DNA of 29,271 nucleotides, from positions 1 through 29,271 of the forward strand of contig CAZBHY010000003.1 of assembly GCA_964491705.1 (NCBI GenBank), given 5' to 3'. This document shows positions 17,801-26,302 of this stretch, in pieces. The DNA is from an uncultured Planctomycetales bacterium (GTDB lineage: Bacteria; Omnitrophota; Gorgyraeia; Zapsychrales; JANLHA01). The translations under genes and the position numbers were made by a program. Below the pieces are notes generated by a model. The model made no database searches. It saw nothing but the letters and a program-made list of their open reading frames with translations, and was not told the origin of the DNA. Positions within the stretch are counted from its first letter, which is position 1, and each line of letters begins with the position of its first letter.

Positions 17801-19702
17801 TTATTCCGCTTTGAAATCTGCATCAATAATATCATCTTTTTTATCATCACCCGGCTTGGCCTGAGAGTCTTCAGCGGCCTGAGCCTGCTCGGCGCCTGGT
17901 TGTTGCTGCTGGGCTTGCTGAGCTGCGGTTGCTTTATACACCTCTTCTGCAAGCTTATGACTGACCTTTTCCAGAGATTCCATCGCCGCCTTGATTCCGC
18001 TTGCATCTTTTTTCTCAATTTTCTCTTTCAGATCCTTTAATTCTTTCTCAATGCTCTCTTTATCAGCGGCGGAAACCTTATCCCCATAATCCTTTAATGA
18101 TTTTTCTGTGGCGTACATGACGGTATTCGCCTGGTTCAACAACTCCGCCTCTTCCTTGCGCTTTTTATCTTCTTCCGCAAACTGATCTGCCTCCTTGACC
18201 ATCTTCTCAATCTCCTGCTCAGACAGCTTATGCGGAGCTGTAATACGGATACTCTGCTCTTTGCCCGTGCCTTTATCCTTGGCAGAAACATGAACAATAC
18301 CATCCGTATCAATATCAAATGTCACTTCAATCTGCGGAACCCCCCTCGGAGCCGGAGGAATACCATCGAGAATGAATTTTCCGAGCTCGGTATTATCATT
18401 CGCCATCTGACGCTCACCCTGCAAAACACGAATATCCACAGCCGGCTGATTGTCTGCCGCTGTAGAAAAAACCTGACTCTTTTTCGTAGGGATGGTGGTA
18501 TTACGCTCGATTAATTTCGTAAAAATCCCTCCCATGGTCTCAATCCCCAACGATAACGGGGTCACATCGAGCAATAAAACTTCTTTGGCTTCTCCTTTGA
18601 CAATACCTGCCTGAATCGCCGCGCCCATAGCGACGCATTCCATCGGATCAATCCCGCCCTCGATTTTCTGACCGACTTCTTTTTCAACAAATTCCTGAAC
18701 GCACGGCATGCGCGTCGGACCACCAACCATGATGACCCGATCAATTTTGATCTGCTCCCCAATTTTCTCCGATGCGTCCTTCAAGGCGCGAATGATCGGC
18801 TGACGGCAGCGCTCAACAATCGGGCCAACCAATGACTCAAGCTTTGCGCGATCAATGGCCATGTTCAAATGCTTGGGCCCGCTGGCATCTGCTGTAATAA
18901 ACGGCAAATTAATATCCGTCGATATAGTACTGGATAACTCCACTTTTGCTTTTTCCGCAGCTTCCCGTAAACGCTGAAACGCCTGTTTATCATTCGTCAA
19001 ATCAATCCCAGACTCTTTTTTAAATTGCCCAATAATATGATCAATCAAGGCATTGTCCATATCAGTGCCACCAAGATGATTGTCTCCGCTGGTCGCCAAA
19101 ACCTCAAACGTGGATGCCTTGCTATCCTCATCCCAGCCCATTTCCATCAGCGTGACATCCAGCGTTCCTCCGCCGAAATCAAACACCATGATACGCTGAT
19201 CTTTACCTGTTTTATCCAACCCATACGCCAAACACGCTGCGGTCGGCTCATTAACAATACGCAAGACCTTCAACCCAGCAATCTCGCCAGCATCGCGTGT
19301 CGCCTGACGCTGATTGTCATTAAAATACGCCGGCACCGTAATCACGGCCTCTTCCACGTTCTCCCCTAAATACTTTTCCGCATCGGCTTTAATCTTTTGT
19401 AGAATAAACGCGCTGACCTGCTGAGGCGTATACTCCTTATGAAACACATTAAATTTATGGTCGGTTCCCATTTTGCGCTTCGCGGCATAAATGGTGCCTT
19501 CCGAATTAATCGGAGCCTGACGTCGAGCCGGTTCTCCGACAAGGCGCTGACCATCTTTCGTAAACGCGACAAATGACGGAAACGCCTTACCCGAAGCAAC
19601 GCCTGCGCCCTCTGCAGACGGAATAATCACCGGACGACCACCTTCCATCACTGCGGCCGCTGAATTTGATGTCCCTAAATCGATTCCAATTGCCTTTGCC
19701 AT
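17801..19702 (-). CDS. dnaK: Chaperone DnaK (Hsp70)
   Basis: [59 protein letters not shown] and [12 protein letters not shown]; acidic DADF tail; strong SD AAAGGAGG. Confidence 0.99.
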   Translation of the reverse strand: MAKAIGIDLGTSNSAAAVMEGGRPVIIPSAEGAGVASGKAFPSFVAFTKDGQRLVGEPARRQAPINSEGTIYAAKRKMGTDHKFNVFHKEYTPQQVSAFILQKIKADAEKYLGENVEEAVITVPAYFNDNQRQATRDAGEIAGLKVLRIVNEPTAACLAYGLDKTGKDQRIMVFDFGGGTLDVTLMEMGWDEDSKASTFEVLATSGDNHLGGTDMDNALIDHIIGQFKKESGIDLTNDKQAFQRLREAAEKAKVELSSTISTDINLPFITADASGPKHLNMAIDRAKLESLVGPIVERCRQPIIRALKDASEKIGEQIKIDRVIMVGGPTRMPCVQEFVEKEVGQKIEGGIDPMECVAMGAAIQAGIVKGEAKEVLLLDVTPLSLGIETMGGIFTKLIERNTTIPTKKSQVFSTAADNQPAVDIRVLQGERQMANDNTELGKFILDGIPPAPRGVPQIEVTFDIDTDGIVHVSAKDKGTGKEQSIRITAPHKLSEQEIEKMVKEADQFAEEDKKRKEEAELLNQANTVMYATEKSLKDYGDKVSAADKESIEKELKDLKEKIEKKDASGIKAAMESLEKVSHKLAEEVYKATAAQQAQQQQPGAEQAQAAEDSQAKPGDDKKDDIIDADFKAE

Positions 19703-19779
19703 GATTGACCTCCTTTAACATTAACCAAACATCATCTAAAATTTTTTTAAAAAATAAATATTTGTTCAGTCTTCACGGC

Positions 19780-20388
19780 TTACTGCGCCGGCTCACCGTC
19801 TTGTCCCTGAAGATTCACCGCGACCTTAACCTTTGCCGTCCGAATGATCCGCTCTCCCATCTTGTATCCCTTCTGAAAAAGCTCAACGACCGTTCCGTCA
19901 TCATGATCCGCACTGGGTCCTTGAACCAGGATCTCATGCGCATAAGGATCAAATGGTTTGCCCACAGGGTCAACCGCTTCCACGCCTTGTTTTTTCAAGA
20001 GATCCGCGATCTGCTTCATCACCATCTCCACTCCCTTGAGAAAGGCGTCATAATCCTGATGTTTCTCTTTAGCCGCAACAACCGCACGCTCAAGATCATC
20101 AATAATATTTAAAAGATCAACCAGCAATGCCTCATTGGCATAACGGATAAACTCGACCCGTTCCCGTTCCTGACGCTTGCGCGCGTTCTCAAACTCCGCC
20201 AATAGCCGTAAATATTTTTCTTTGCTCTCAGCGAGCTGTTTCTGCATCTGTTGATACTCATCCTCTAATACCATGATCGTTTTTTTCTTATGATCAGATG
20301 CCTGCTCACCACACGGCTGCTCGCTGCATAGCTGCTCGCCCGATAGATGTTCAACATCCTCATGTTTTGACTTTTTATGTGTCATCAT
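19780..20388 (-). CDS. grpE: Nucleotide exchange factor GrpE
   Basis: YLRLLAEFENARKR, IIDDLERA, GKPFDPYAHE and QKGYKMGERIIRTAKVKV. Confidence 0.96.
   Translation of the reverse strand: MMTHKKSKHEDVEHLSGEQLCSEQPCGEQASDHKKKTIMVLEDEYQQMQKQLAESKEKYLRLLAEFENARKRQERERVEFIRYANEALLVDLLNIIDDLERAVVAAKEKHQDYDAFLKGVEMVMKQIADLLKKQGVEAVDPVGKPFDPYAHEILVQGPSADHDDGTVVELFQKGYKMGERIIRTAKVKVAVNLQGQDGEPAQ
20302..20346 (-). repeat. Three imperfect 15-nt tandem repeats in the grpE 5' end
   Basis: CTGCTC recurs at 20302, 20317 and 20332 (period 15), encoding LSGEQ-LCSEQ-PCGEQ. Confidence 0.7.
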
Positions 20389-20400
20389 ATTCCTGTTTCC

Positions 20401-21135
20401 TTAAAACAGCTCATACATTAAATCAGAAATATAGTCCAACGCAGAAATCACCTTTTGATAATGCATCCGGTTTGGCCCTAAAACAGCAATGCGGCCTGTT
20501 TGCCCATTATGTAACTTATATGTCGAAACAGCCATGGAACAATCTTCAATGTCCCGGCAGGCCATTTCATGCCCGATAAAGATCTGGATCTTCTGCCGCA
20601 GTTTTCGATTAATCAGGTCCAGCACGCGCTCCTTTTCCTCAAGAAGCGACAAGAGCTCTCTGATCTTGTTTAAATTCTGGTAATCATAATCAACCACATA
20701 CCGCGTTCCGTTACAAAACAATTTCCGGCCATCATCACCGATGGTCACAATGCTGGTATAATGCGTTACGTTGGAGAGCACCTCTGATGTTTTTTCCAAT
20801 AGGCGTTCTAAATTCATCCGGTCATGATTGTATTGCTGCTTGATCATCCGTTTCTGTTCCTCTAATAACGAAATGTCATTCATCAGATGATCCACAAAAT
20901 AACGATATCCTTCCTGTGTGGGCATGCGTCCAGCAGATGTATGCGGATGAGCCAAATATCCCTCATCTTCTAACTCCGCCAGGATATTACGGATTGTTGC
21001 TGAGCTCAGATCTAAACGATATTTTTCTGCAATATACCCTGAGCTGACAGGGCTGATCGTTTCAATATATTCATTGACAACAATCCCAAGAATCCGATCC
21101 TTGCGATCCTGACTATCTGTTCGTTTCAACGTCAT
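20401..21135 (-). CDS. hrcA: Heat-inducible transcription repressor HrcA, short form (244 aa)
   Basis: ILGIVVNEYIETISPVSS, SSATIRNILAELEDEGYLAHPHTSAGRMPTQEGYRYFVD and GRIAVLGPNRMHY. Start moved from 21177 to 21135 after SD GGAGG. Confidence 0.93.
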   Translation of the reverse strand: MTLKRTDSQDRKDRILGIVVNEYIETISPVSSGYIAEKYRLDLSSATIRNILAELEDEGYLAHPHTSAGRMPTQEGYRYFVDHLMNDISLLEEQKRMIKQQYNHDRMNLERLLEKTSEVLSNVTHYTSIVTIGDDGRKLFCNGTRYVVDYDYQNLNKIRELLSLLEEKERVLDLINRKLRQKIQIFIGHEMACRDIEDCSMAVSTYKLHNGQTGRIAVLGPNRMHYQKVISALDYISDLMYELF

Positions 21136-21166
21136 TTTTGCCCTCCGAGAATAGACAAAATTGATT

Positions 21167-21193
21167 TTAGCACTCATTAAGCAAGATTGCTAA
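21167..21193 (-). promoter_or_regulatory. CIRCE operator (HrcA-binding site)
   Basis: Minus strand reads TTAGCAATC-N9-GAGTGCTAA, one mismatch to the consensus TTAGCACTC-N9-GAGTGCTAA. It starts about at the predicted transcription start. Confidence 0.95.
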
Positions 21194-21199
21194 TGGCGT

Positions 21200-21227
21200 A
21201 TTATAACAAAATCCGATTTCTTGTCAA
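21200..21227 (-). promoter_or_regulatory. Sigma70 promoter of the hrcA-grpE-dnaK-dnaJ operon
   Basis: TTGACA (21227-21222), 16 nt, TATAAT (21205-21200), with an extended -10 TG (TGTTATAAT). Confidence 0.88.
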
Positions 21228-21300
21228 TTTCAAAAATGTTTTCGCGGGGTTAAAACGCAGAGAAAAAGAAAAACGCCATCAAGGAACATCATCAGGCGCC

Positions 21301-21975
21301 TCACAGCGCATCAACAACCTTTTTTACCTGCCGGTAAACCACCAGCATATCTTCTAAATAATTTTCAATTAAAGATGGATTATGCCGCAAATCAAAAACC
21401 GTTGGCTCCATCTGTTGCCCCAAGGGATAAAATTTAAGTGTTAAGACCCCATCAACAATATCTAAGGCCAATTCCGGCTTGCCGCGAGTGTCTTTATTTT
21501 TAAATTTTGCAAAAATGCGCACGGCAGAATCATCGGCAAATAAGGCAGCAGCCACATCCGGCCGATTGGAAAATATGCTGAATTCCTTAAAAACACGCGG
21601 AGAATCAATCTGATTGGTCTCTTGGGCGGATGATCCTTTTATCAACGACACAGGCTGATTACGAAACGAGGACTTGATTTCCTCAATAAAAACGACATTG
21701 AAATTTATAGGCAACTTGACTCTTAAAAAAGCACGGTAGATCACTTTTTCAAAAATACTGTCTTCAATATCTTCATAAATAAACGGCACACTTTTATACG
21801 TAAAATGCAACGCGAACGAATTTGCCCTGCCGGAAATTTCTTCCATCTGCGCATCCTGCAACTTGACCAACTCTGCCAGATGTTTTTTGCGTGAATCTTT
21901 TTTCTCCATGTCATTGCTCAAATAAACAATGCCCACCACCAATGCAATAACAATACCAACAATCACCATGCTCAT
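21301..21975 (-). CDS. Hypothetical protein with single N-terminal membrane anchor
   Basis: Long ORF co-oriented with its neighbours. SD GAGGAG 6 nt before the ATG at 21975, preceded by an extended -10-like TGTTAGAAT. Hydrophobic VIVGIVIALVVGIVYL. No family recognised. Confidence 0.8.
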   Translation of the reverse strand: MSMVIVGIVIALVVGIVYLSNDMEKKDSRKKHLAELVKLQDAQMEEISGRANSFALHFTYKSVPFIYEDIEDSIFEKVIYRAFLRVKLPINFNVVFIEEIKSSFRNQPVSLIKGSSAQETNQIDSPRVFKEFSIFSNRPDVAAALFADDSAVRIFAKFKNKDTRGKPELALDIVDGVLTLKFYPLGQQMEPTVFDLRHNPSLIENYLEDMLVVYRQVKKVVDAL

Positions 21976-22120
21976 ACGTCTCTCCTCATTGCCCCATTCT
22001 AACATAAAAAACTGCACCTATCTTACACGCAAAACCTGTTTCTGAAAAATATTTTTATCATGGGGCCTGTGCTACCGTTAGGCGCATCTGTAATTTTTTT
22101 CAACCCGGAAATCAGAACAG

Positions 22121-22149
22121 AAAAAAATAGTGCCAAGACACGCCGCACA
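22121..22149 (-). terminator. Possible intrinsic terminator after hflX
   Basis: GTGC...GCAC stem followed by TATTTTTTTC on the minus strand; the stem is short and irregular. Confidence 0.35.
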
Positions 22150-22153
22150 CGGT

Positions 22154-23425
22154 CTAAGACATCGCCGCTTTTTGAAAAATACCTGCAATGCGCTTGGGAA
22201 GCGTGGCCCTAAGATTAATCCGATCATTGTAATATTTAATAGAATACACTTGGCCCTGATTATGCGCCAAACTCACCAAATCCATCCGTGCGATCGGGAT
22301 ATCCAGATTGACCTCAACAATAATCCCTGAAATATCCTCAGATATCTTATGCGCGAAGACATCTAAATTCTCACCCGTCTTCGCCGACACCGCTACTGGA
22401 TTTTTAATATTTCCATACAACTCAGCAAACCACGAACGGTCCGCAACCTGATCGATTTTATTGAGCACCGTAATCACCGGTTTGTCCTCTACACCCATCT
22501 GTCGTAAAACAGCGTTGACCGATTCATAGCGATATTGAAATTTCGGATGACTGATATCCAAAACATGCAAAAGAATATCCGCACCAACAACCTCCTCCAG
22601 CGTTGCCTTAAATGCCTCAATCAAATGATGCGGAAGATCGTGAATAAAACCAACTGTGTCTGATATGACGACTTCCTGATGATTGGGAAGAATATATTGA
22701 CGAGACAACGAATCGAGCGTGGTAAACAGGCCATCCCGAGTCTCCTGACCAGCGTCAGTCAAGGCGTTTAAGAGCGTTGACTTACCGGCATTCGTATATC
22801 CAACCAGACAGATCATGGGTACAGCTCGATCTTTTCTCTTTTTCCGCGTGGTGGAGCGGTTTTCTTCCACTTCTTTAAGTCGTTTTTTCAAATGATCAAT
22901 GCGATATTCGATTTTGCGTCGATCTGTTTCCAGCTGTGTTTCCCCTGGCCCGAGCGTGCCAATTCCGCCGCCCAAACGGGACATATCGTGCCCGCGTCCA
23001 GCCAGCCGAGGAAGAAGATATTCCAACTGCGCCAACTCAACCTGTGCCTTGCCCTCCATGCTCTTTGCGCGACGGGAAAAAATATGTAAAATCAATTGCG
23101 TACGATCCAAAACCTTCATTTTTAGATCGTCCTCCAGATTGCGCTGCTGAGCTCCTTTGAGATCCCAATTCAATACCACCGCATCCACATCTCCTGCGGC
23201 ACAACGCACATACAGTTCATTGACCTTTCCTTGGCCAATCAGATGGGACGCTGAAAATTTATCGACCGGCGCGAAAATAACATCCGTAACACTCCCCCCG
23301 CAGGCTGTCACCAGCTCAGCCATCTCATCTGCGATATCATGCGATGGTAAGGCCTCTGCCGATTTCAAGCTCACCACAACAATCAAAAACCTCTCAACGC
23401 TTTTCATGTTGCCCATATTTAACAT
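22154..23425 (-). CDS. hflX: Ribosome-associated GTPase HflX
   Basis: DRTQLILHIFSRRA, QVELAQLEYLLPRL, GPGETQLETDRR, G1 GYTNAGKS, G2 FTTLD, G3 DTVGF, G4 NKID and G5 SAK. Confidence 0.97.
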   Translation of the reverse strand: MLNMGNMKSVERFLIVVVSLKSAEALPSHDIADEMAELVTACGGSVTDVIFAPVDKFSASHLIGQGKVNELYVRCAAGDVDAVVLNWDLKGAQQRNLEDDLKMKVLDRTQLILHIFSRRAKSMEGKAQVELAQLEYLLPRLAGRGHDMSRLGGGIGTLGPGETQLETDRRKIEYRIDHLKKRLKEVEENRSTTRKKRKDRAVPMICLVGYTNAGKSTLLNALTDAGQETRDGLFTTLDSLSRQYILPNHQEVVISDTVGFIHDLPHHLIEAFKATLEEVVGADILLHVLDISHPKFQYRYESVNAVLRQMGVEDKPVITVLNKIDQVADRSWFAELYGNIKNPVAVSAKTGENLDVFAHKISEDISGIIVEVNLDIPIARMDLVSLAHNQGQVYSIKYYNDRINLRATLPKRIAGIFQKAAMS

Positions 23426-24399
23426 GCGTGCTCCTCTTTTAAAATGCGTTGAATATGCCCCGCAACCTCATCTGCGGTACTGTCCGGATAAACATCGATC
23501 CAGGACAAGCGCTTCTCCGCCCGAAACCACGTCATTTGTCGCTTCGCCAAATGGCGTGTATTCTTCTTCATGTCCTGCTTGGCCTGATCCAAAGAACAAT
23601 CGCCAGACAGATACGCTCCCACCTCATTGAGCCCAATCATAGCCCGAGCCGTATGACTCAACTCGTTTTTTTGTAATGCCTCCACTTCTTTGATCAATCC
23701 CGCATCAAACATCTGTTCCACACGCGAATCAATCCGTCGGTATAGACAGGCCCGATCCATCATCAATCCAAAAAGAGACATATTGTACTTTCCCCATATC
23801 CCTTCTGTCTGCGTCTGCAGCGCAGACATCGGCGTGCCTTTAGAGCGATAAAACTCGACGGCGCGGGCGATTCGCTGCGTATCATGACAATGAATTCTCG
23901 CAGCAGCCACAGGATCAACTGCCTGCAATTCCGCATATAGCCGGTCTCGCCCTCCATCGGCCAGATCCTCTTGCACACCCATTCTCACATCCTCCGGAAC
24001 ATGGCCGCCGTCAAAAATTCCATCCAGCAAAATCTTCAAATACAATCCAGTGCCGCCGACAATAACAGGTGTTTTATTTCTTGATACAATCCGTTCAATG
24101 CGCTCTTGCGCTAAACGCTGAAACGTCGCTGCATCAAAATTCTGGGTAACCGACACGATTCCGATCAAATGATGAGGAACAGCACTCATTTCCTCCAAGG
24201 ACGGTTTATTGCTGATAATATGCGCTTCCTGATAAACCTGCATCGAATCACACGAGATAATTTCTCCTCCGATGCGCTGCGCCAAAGAAATGCCAACAGC
24301 TGTTTTTCCAACAGCGGTCGGCCCAACGATCACAATAATTTTTTTATCACATGCGCTGCCGGAATGAAGCACCTGCCATCCTTTCGATAACCATTTCAT
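23419..24399 (-). CDS. miaA: tRNA (adenosine(37)-N6)-dimethylallyltransferase
   Basis: GPTAVGKT, ISCDSMQVY, PHHL, VGGTGLY and TRHLAKRQMTWFR; 7-nt overlap with hflX. Confidence 0.97.
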   Translation of the reverse strand: MKWLSKGWQVLHSGSACDKKIIVIVGPTAVGKTAVGISLAQRIGGEIISCDSMQVYQEAHIISNKPSLEEMSAVPHHLIGIVSVTQNFDAATFQRLAQERIERIVSRNKTPVIVGGTGLYLKILLDGIFDGGHVPEDVRMGVQEDLADGGRDRLYAELQAVDPVAAARIHCHDTQRIARAVEFYRSKGTPMSALQTQTEGIWGKYNMSLFGLMMDRACLYRRIDSRVEQMFDAGLIKEVEALQKNELSHTARAMIGLNEVGAYLSGDCSLDQAKQDMKKNTRHLAKRQMTWFRAEKRLSWIDVYPDSTADEVAGHIQRILKEEHAC

Positions 24400-24502
24400 G
24401 ACAATCCGTTACCCTCTCTCCACCGTTCAATAAAAAAATTTTCCGCTTTTTATCTGCTCCGATTATACCGTGCCTGATGGCAAAACAAAAGAAAAACGAT
24501 TT

Positions 24503-24543
24503 CAAAAAAAATCAACAGAGCCAAAATATCAGACCCTGTTGAT
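24503..24543 (-). terminator. Rho-independent terminator closing the nrdR...HAMP unit
   Basis: Minus strand ATCAACAGGGTC-loop-GGCTCTGTTGAT (12 pairs including two G.U), immediately followed by a U-run. Confidence 0.78.
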
Positions 24544-24576
24544 CAGCGCACCCCTTGCGACTGCCGGCAACTCATA

Positions 24577-25005
24577 CTAAGGCAACTGCCGGATCAAGGC
24601 ATTAATCCGCTTTAACAATTCTTCAAACATTTCATCCCCGTCGCGCACAGAAAGCTCTCGTTTCTGGTGTGTTGCCAAGATGTCATCCAATTCTTTCACA
24701 ATCCGATCATGCGGACCAAAAAGCTTGTTGGTCAGATAATACAAATAAAAACAGATCACCACAATTAACACGGCCGCAATGGGCAATGCGACCATAATGC
24801 ACACCTTAACGGTCCGCAAAGGGAAGGTATGCATAAAATTATTCATATCCGCATGGAGGTATGCAAGAAAAAGAACGATTAAGATAACAGAGACAAGTCC
24901 CAAAACCGCAAGAAAGAAAAGGATGCGGGATTGAAAACGGTTGAGATGCAAAAAAAGATTTCGTTTGAACCCAGTCAAAAAAGCCTCCTGACAATGGTCA
25001 AACAC
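24577..25005 (-). CDS. Small 2-TM membrane protein with C-terminal HAMP-like segment
   Basis: Two hydrophobic stretches, then LFGPHDRIVKELDDIL...LSVRDGDEMFEELLKRINALI, resembling the HAMP pattern P...(G)DE...L...N. GTG start overlaps the DUF296 stop by 8 nt. Confidence 0.7.
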   Translation of the reverse strand: MFDHCQEAFLTGFKRNLFLHLNRFQSRILFFLAVLGLVSVILIVLFLAYLHADMNNFMHTFPLRTVKVCIMVALPIAAVLIVVICFYLYYLTNKLFGPHDRIVKELDDILATHQKRELSVRDGDEMFEELLKRINALIRQLP

Positions 25006-25426
25006 CCTTTGGCCATAAACTCAACCCTGTCTGTTGATCATGCCCACGTACAAGATCAGGGCCCAACAGCTCCTGAATATAATATTCCGCAGCAAAAATC
25101 ATCGATCCGGGCATGACATGTCCAGCCAATGCTGTTCCATCCCGTCGGCCCAGCGTAATATGTGCATGAACAAAAACATTCCCATCCTTTAACGAAATGT
25201 TCCCGCAACACTGCGCAATTTCAAATTTCTCCTTCAGGTGGACGCTCTCAACATAGCGCTGCGTCTGCTGATCATAGTACCCCAACGCAACACTGCGCAA
25301 GGCGCCGATCACCGAAAAAACTCCCAGCCGGACACCGCTCTGATTCACCGCCGCAGTCATCTCTTCGAGCAGATCTCCATCTGTCGGTAAACGGCCAATC
25401 AGCACTTTTCCATAGGCAACCTGCAT
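24998..25426 (-). CDS. DUF296 / PPC-domain protein
   Basis: GRLPTDGDLLEEM, SVIGAL, FEIAQCCGNIS, HAHITLG (HxH) and AGHV; SD GGAG. Confidence 0.9.
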   Translation of the reverse strand: MQVAYGKVLIGRLPTDGDLLEEMTAAVNQSGVRLGVFSVIGALRSVALGYYDQQTQRYVESVHLKEKFEIAQCCGNISLKDGNVFVHAHITLGRRDGTALAGHVMPGSMIFAAEYYIQELLGPDLVRGHDQQTGLSLWPKGV

Positions 25427-25465
25427 TCTCTCCTGCCTCCACCTCCACCCACGACAACCGCTGTC

Positions 25466-26005
25466 CTATTCAACATCCAGCTGATCTTTAATCATCTGCA
25501 TCTTATCGCGAATATACTTTTGCCTCTCCTGAAGAGCTGCGATCTGATCTGTGACCATCTGATCTTCCTGCGCATAAAACTCAAGCATCTTCGAATGGAA
25601 GGCCGTCTTACTGGTCTCTAATTCCGTCTTGAGCCGCTCATTTTCTACTTTCTGCTCACCAAACAACTTCTCCATCTCAAGATACTGTTCCTGCATCACC
25701 GATTGCGCCGTCTGCAACTTCTCATTCAAGCCCTTTAATTTACCAATGCTGTCTTCCTTCATCTCAATGTCCGTCTGAAGATTCCCGTATTCTTCGCGCA
25801 ATTGCATGTCTGTCACCCGCAGGCCTTCCGTGGCTGCCCGTTTTTTTTCATTCTCTGCCTTCATCGTCTCAACATAGTCTGAATGAAATTCCGAATATGG
25901 CCGCAACTGCTGTTCGTAAGGGCTTTCATCCAATGCTTGCGCCTGTACAAATCCAACAGACCCAACAACAAAACACATTAATCCCAAAACATACGATTTT
26001 TTCAT
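25466..26005 (-). CDS. Hypothetical secreted coiled-coil protein
   Basis: Sec signal (MKKS, hydrophobic core, QAQA), then an E/K/Q-rich helical sequence with heptad-spaced L/M/I; SD AAAGGA. Confidence 0.8.
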   Translation of the reverse strand: MKKSYVLGLMCFVVGSVGFVQAQALDESPYEQQLRPYSEFHSDYVETMKAENEKKRAATEGLRVTDMQLREEYGNLQTDIEMKEDSIGKLKGLNEKLQTAQSVMQEQYLEMEKLFGEQKVENERLKTELETSKTAFHSKMLEFYAQEDQMVTDQIAALQERQKYIRDKMQMIKDQLDVE

Positions 26006-26042
26006 ACGGCATCCTTTCGTTAATAGGAGTTCCCACGGCTCA

Positions 26043-26249
26043 TCATAAATGCTTACGCTCCTGCCAAATTTTTACAAAATTCGCAATCGAGCGGTCATAC
26101 CCTTTCTCGATATCATTCGGAAAATAACATGCCGGCAGCGCGCCTTTCAAGCGATGATAGTGCAGGCATTGACAACATATTCCCTTTTTTGCACATCCGG
26201 GGTATGAGCAATTGCAATACATGAGATTTTTTTCTTTCAAACATTCCAT
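26043..26249 (-). CDS. Small Cys-rich protein, DUF6485-like
   Basis: MEC...[21 protein letters not shown]...LPACYFP...YDRSIANF; strong SD GGGAGG. Confidence 0.85.
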   Translation of the reverse strand: MECLKEKNLMYCNCSYPGCAKKGICCQCLHYHRLKGALPACYFPNDIEKGYDRSIANFVKIWQERKHL

Positions 26250-26302
26250 ACATGCCTCCCTGTCTCTCAGAAAATAGACGCCCTCATCCGTCCATACATT
26301 CT

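Noticed and set aside
17860-17935. Gln/Ala-rich low-complexity stretch in the DnaK C-terminus
   Set aside because: Disordered Q/A/G-rich tails are normal for DnaK.
21136-21177. Longer hrcA start (MSAKINF...) given in the ORF track
   Set aside because: That ATG lies inside the CIRCE element, only about 16 nt from the predicted transcription start and with no SD. The ATG at 21135 has GGAGG at good spacing.
24462-24483. TTGCCA...TATAAT upstream of miaA
   Set aside because: The spacer is only 10 nt. The -10 is probably real, but no acceptable -35 was found at 16-18 nt, so it is not listed as a full promoter.
17787-24562. CCCTTGCGACT shared by two spacers (17787-17797 and 24552-24562), each just past a stop codon
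   Set aside because: With roughly 2 kb of intergenic DNA, about 0.5 such 11-mer pairs are expected by chance. Only two copies were seen and they share no hairpin.
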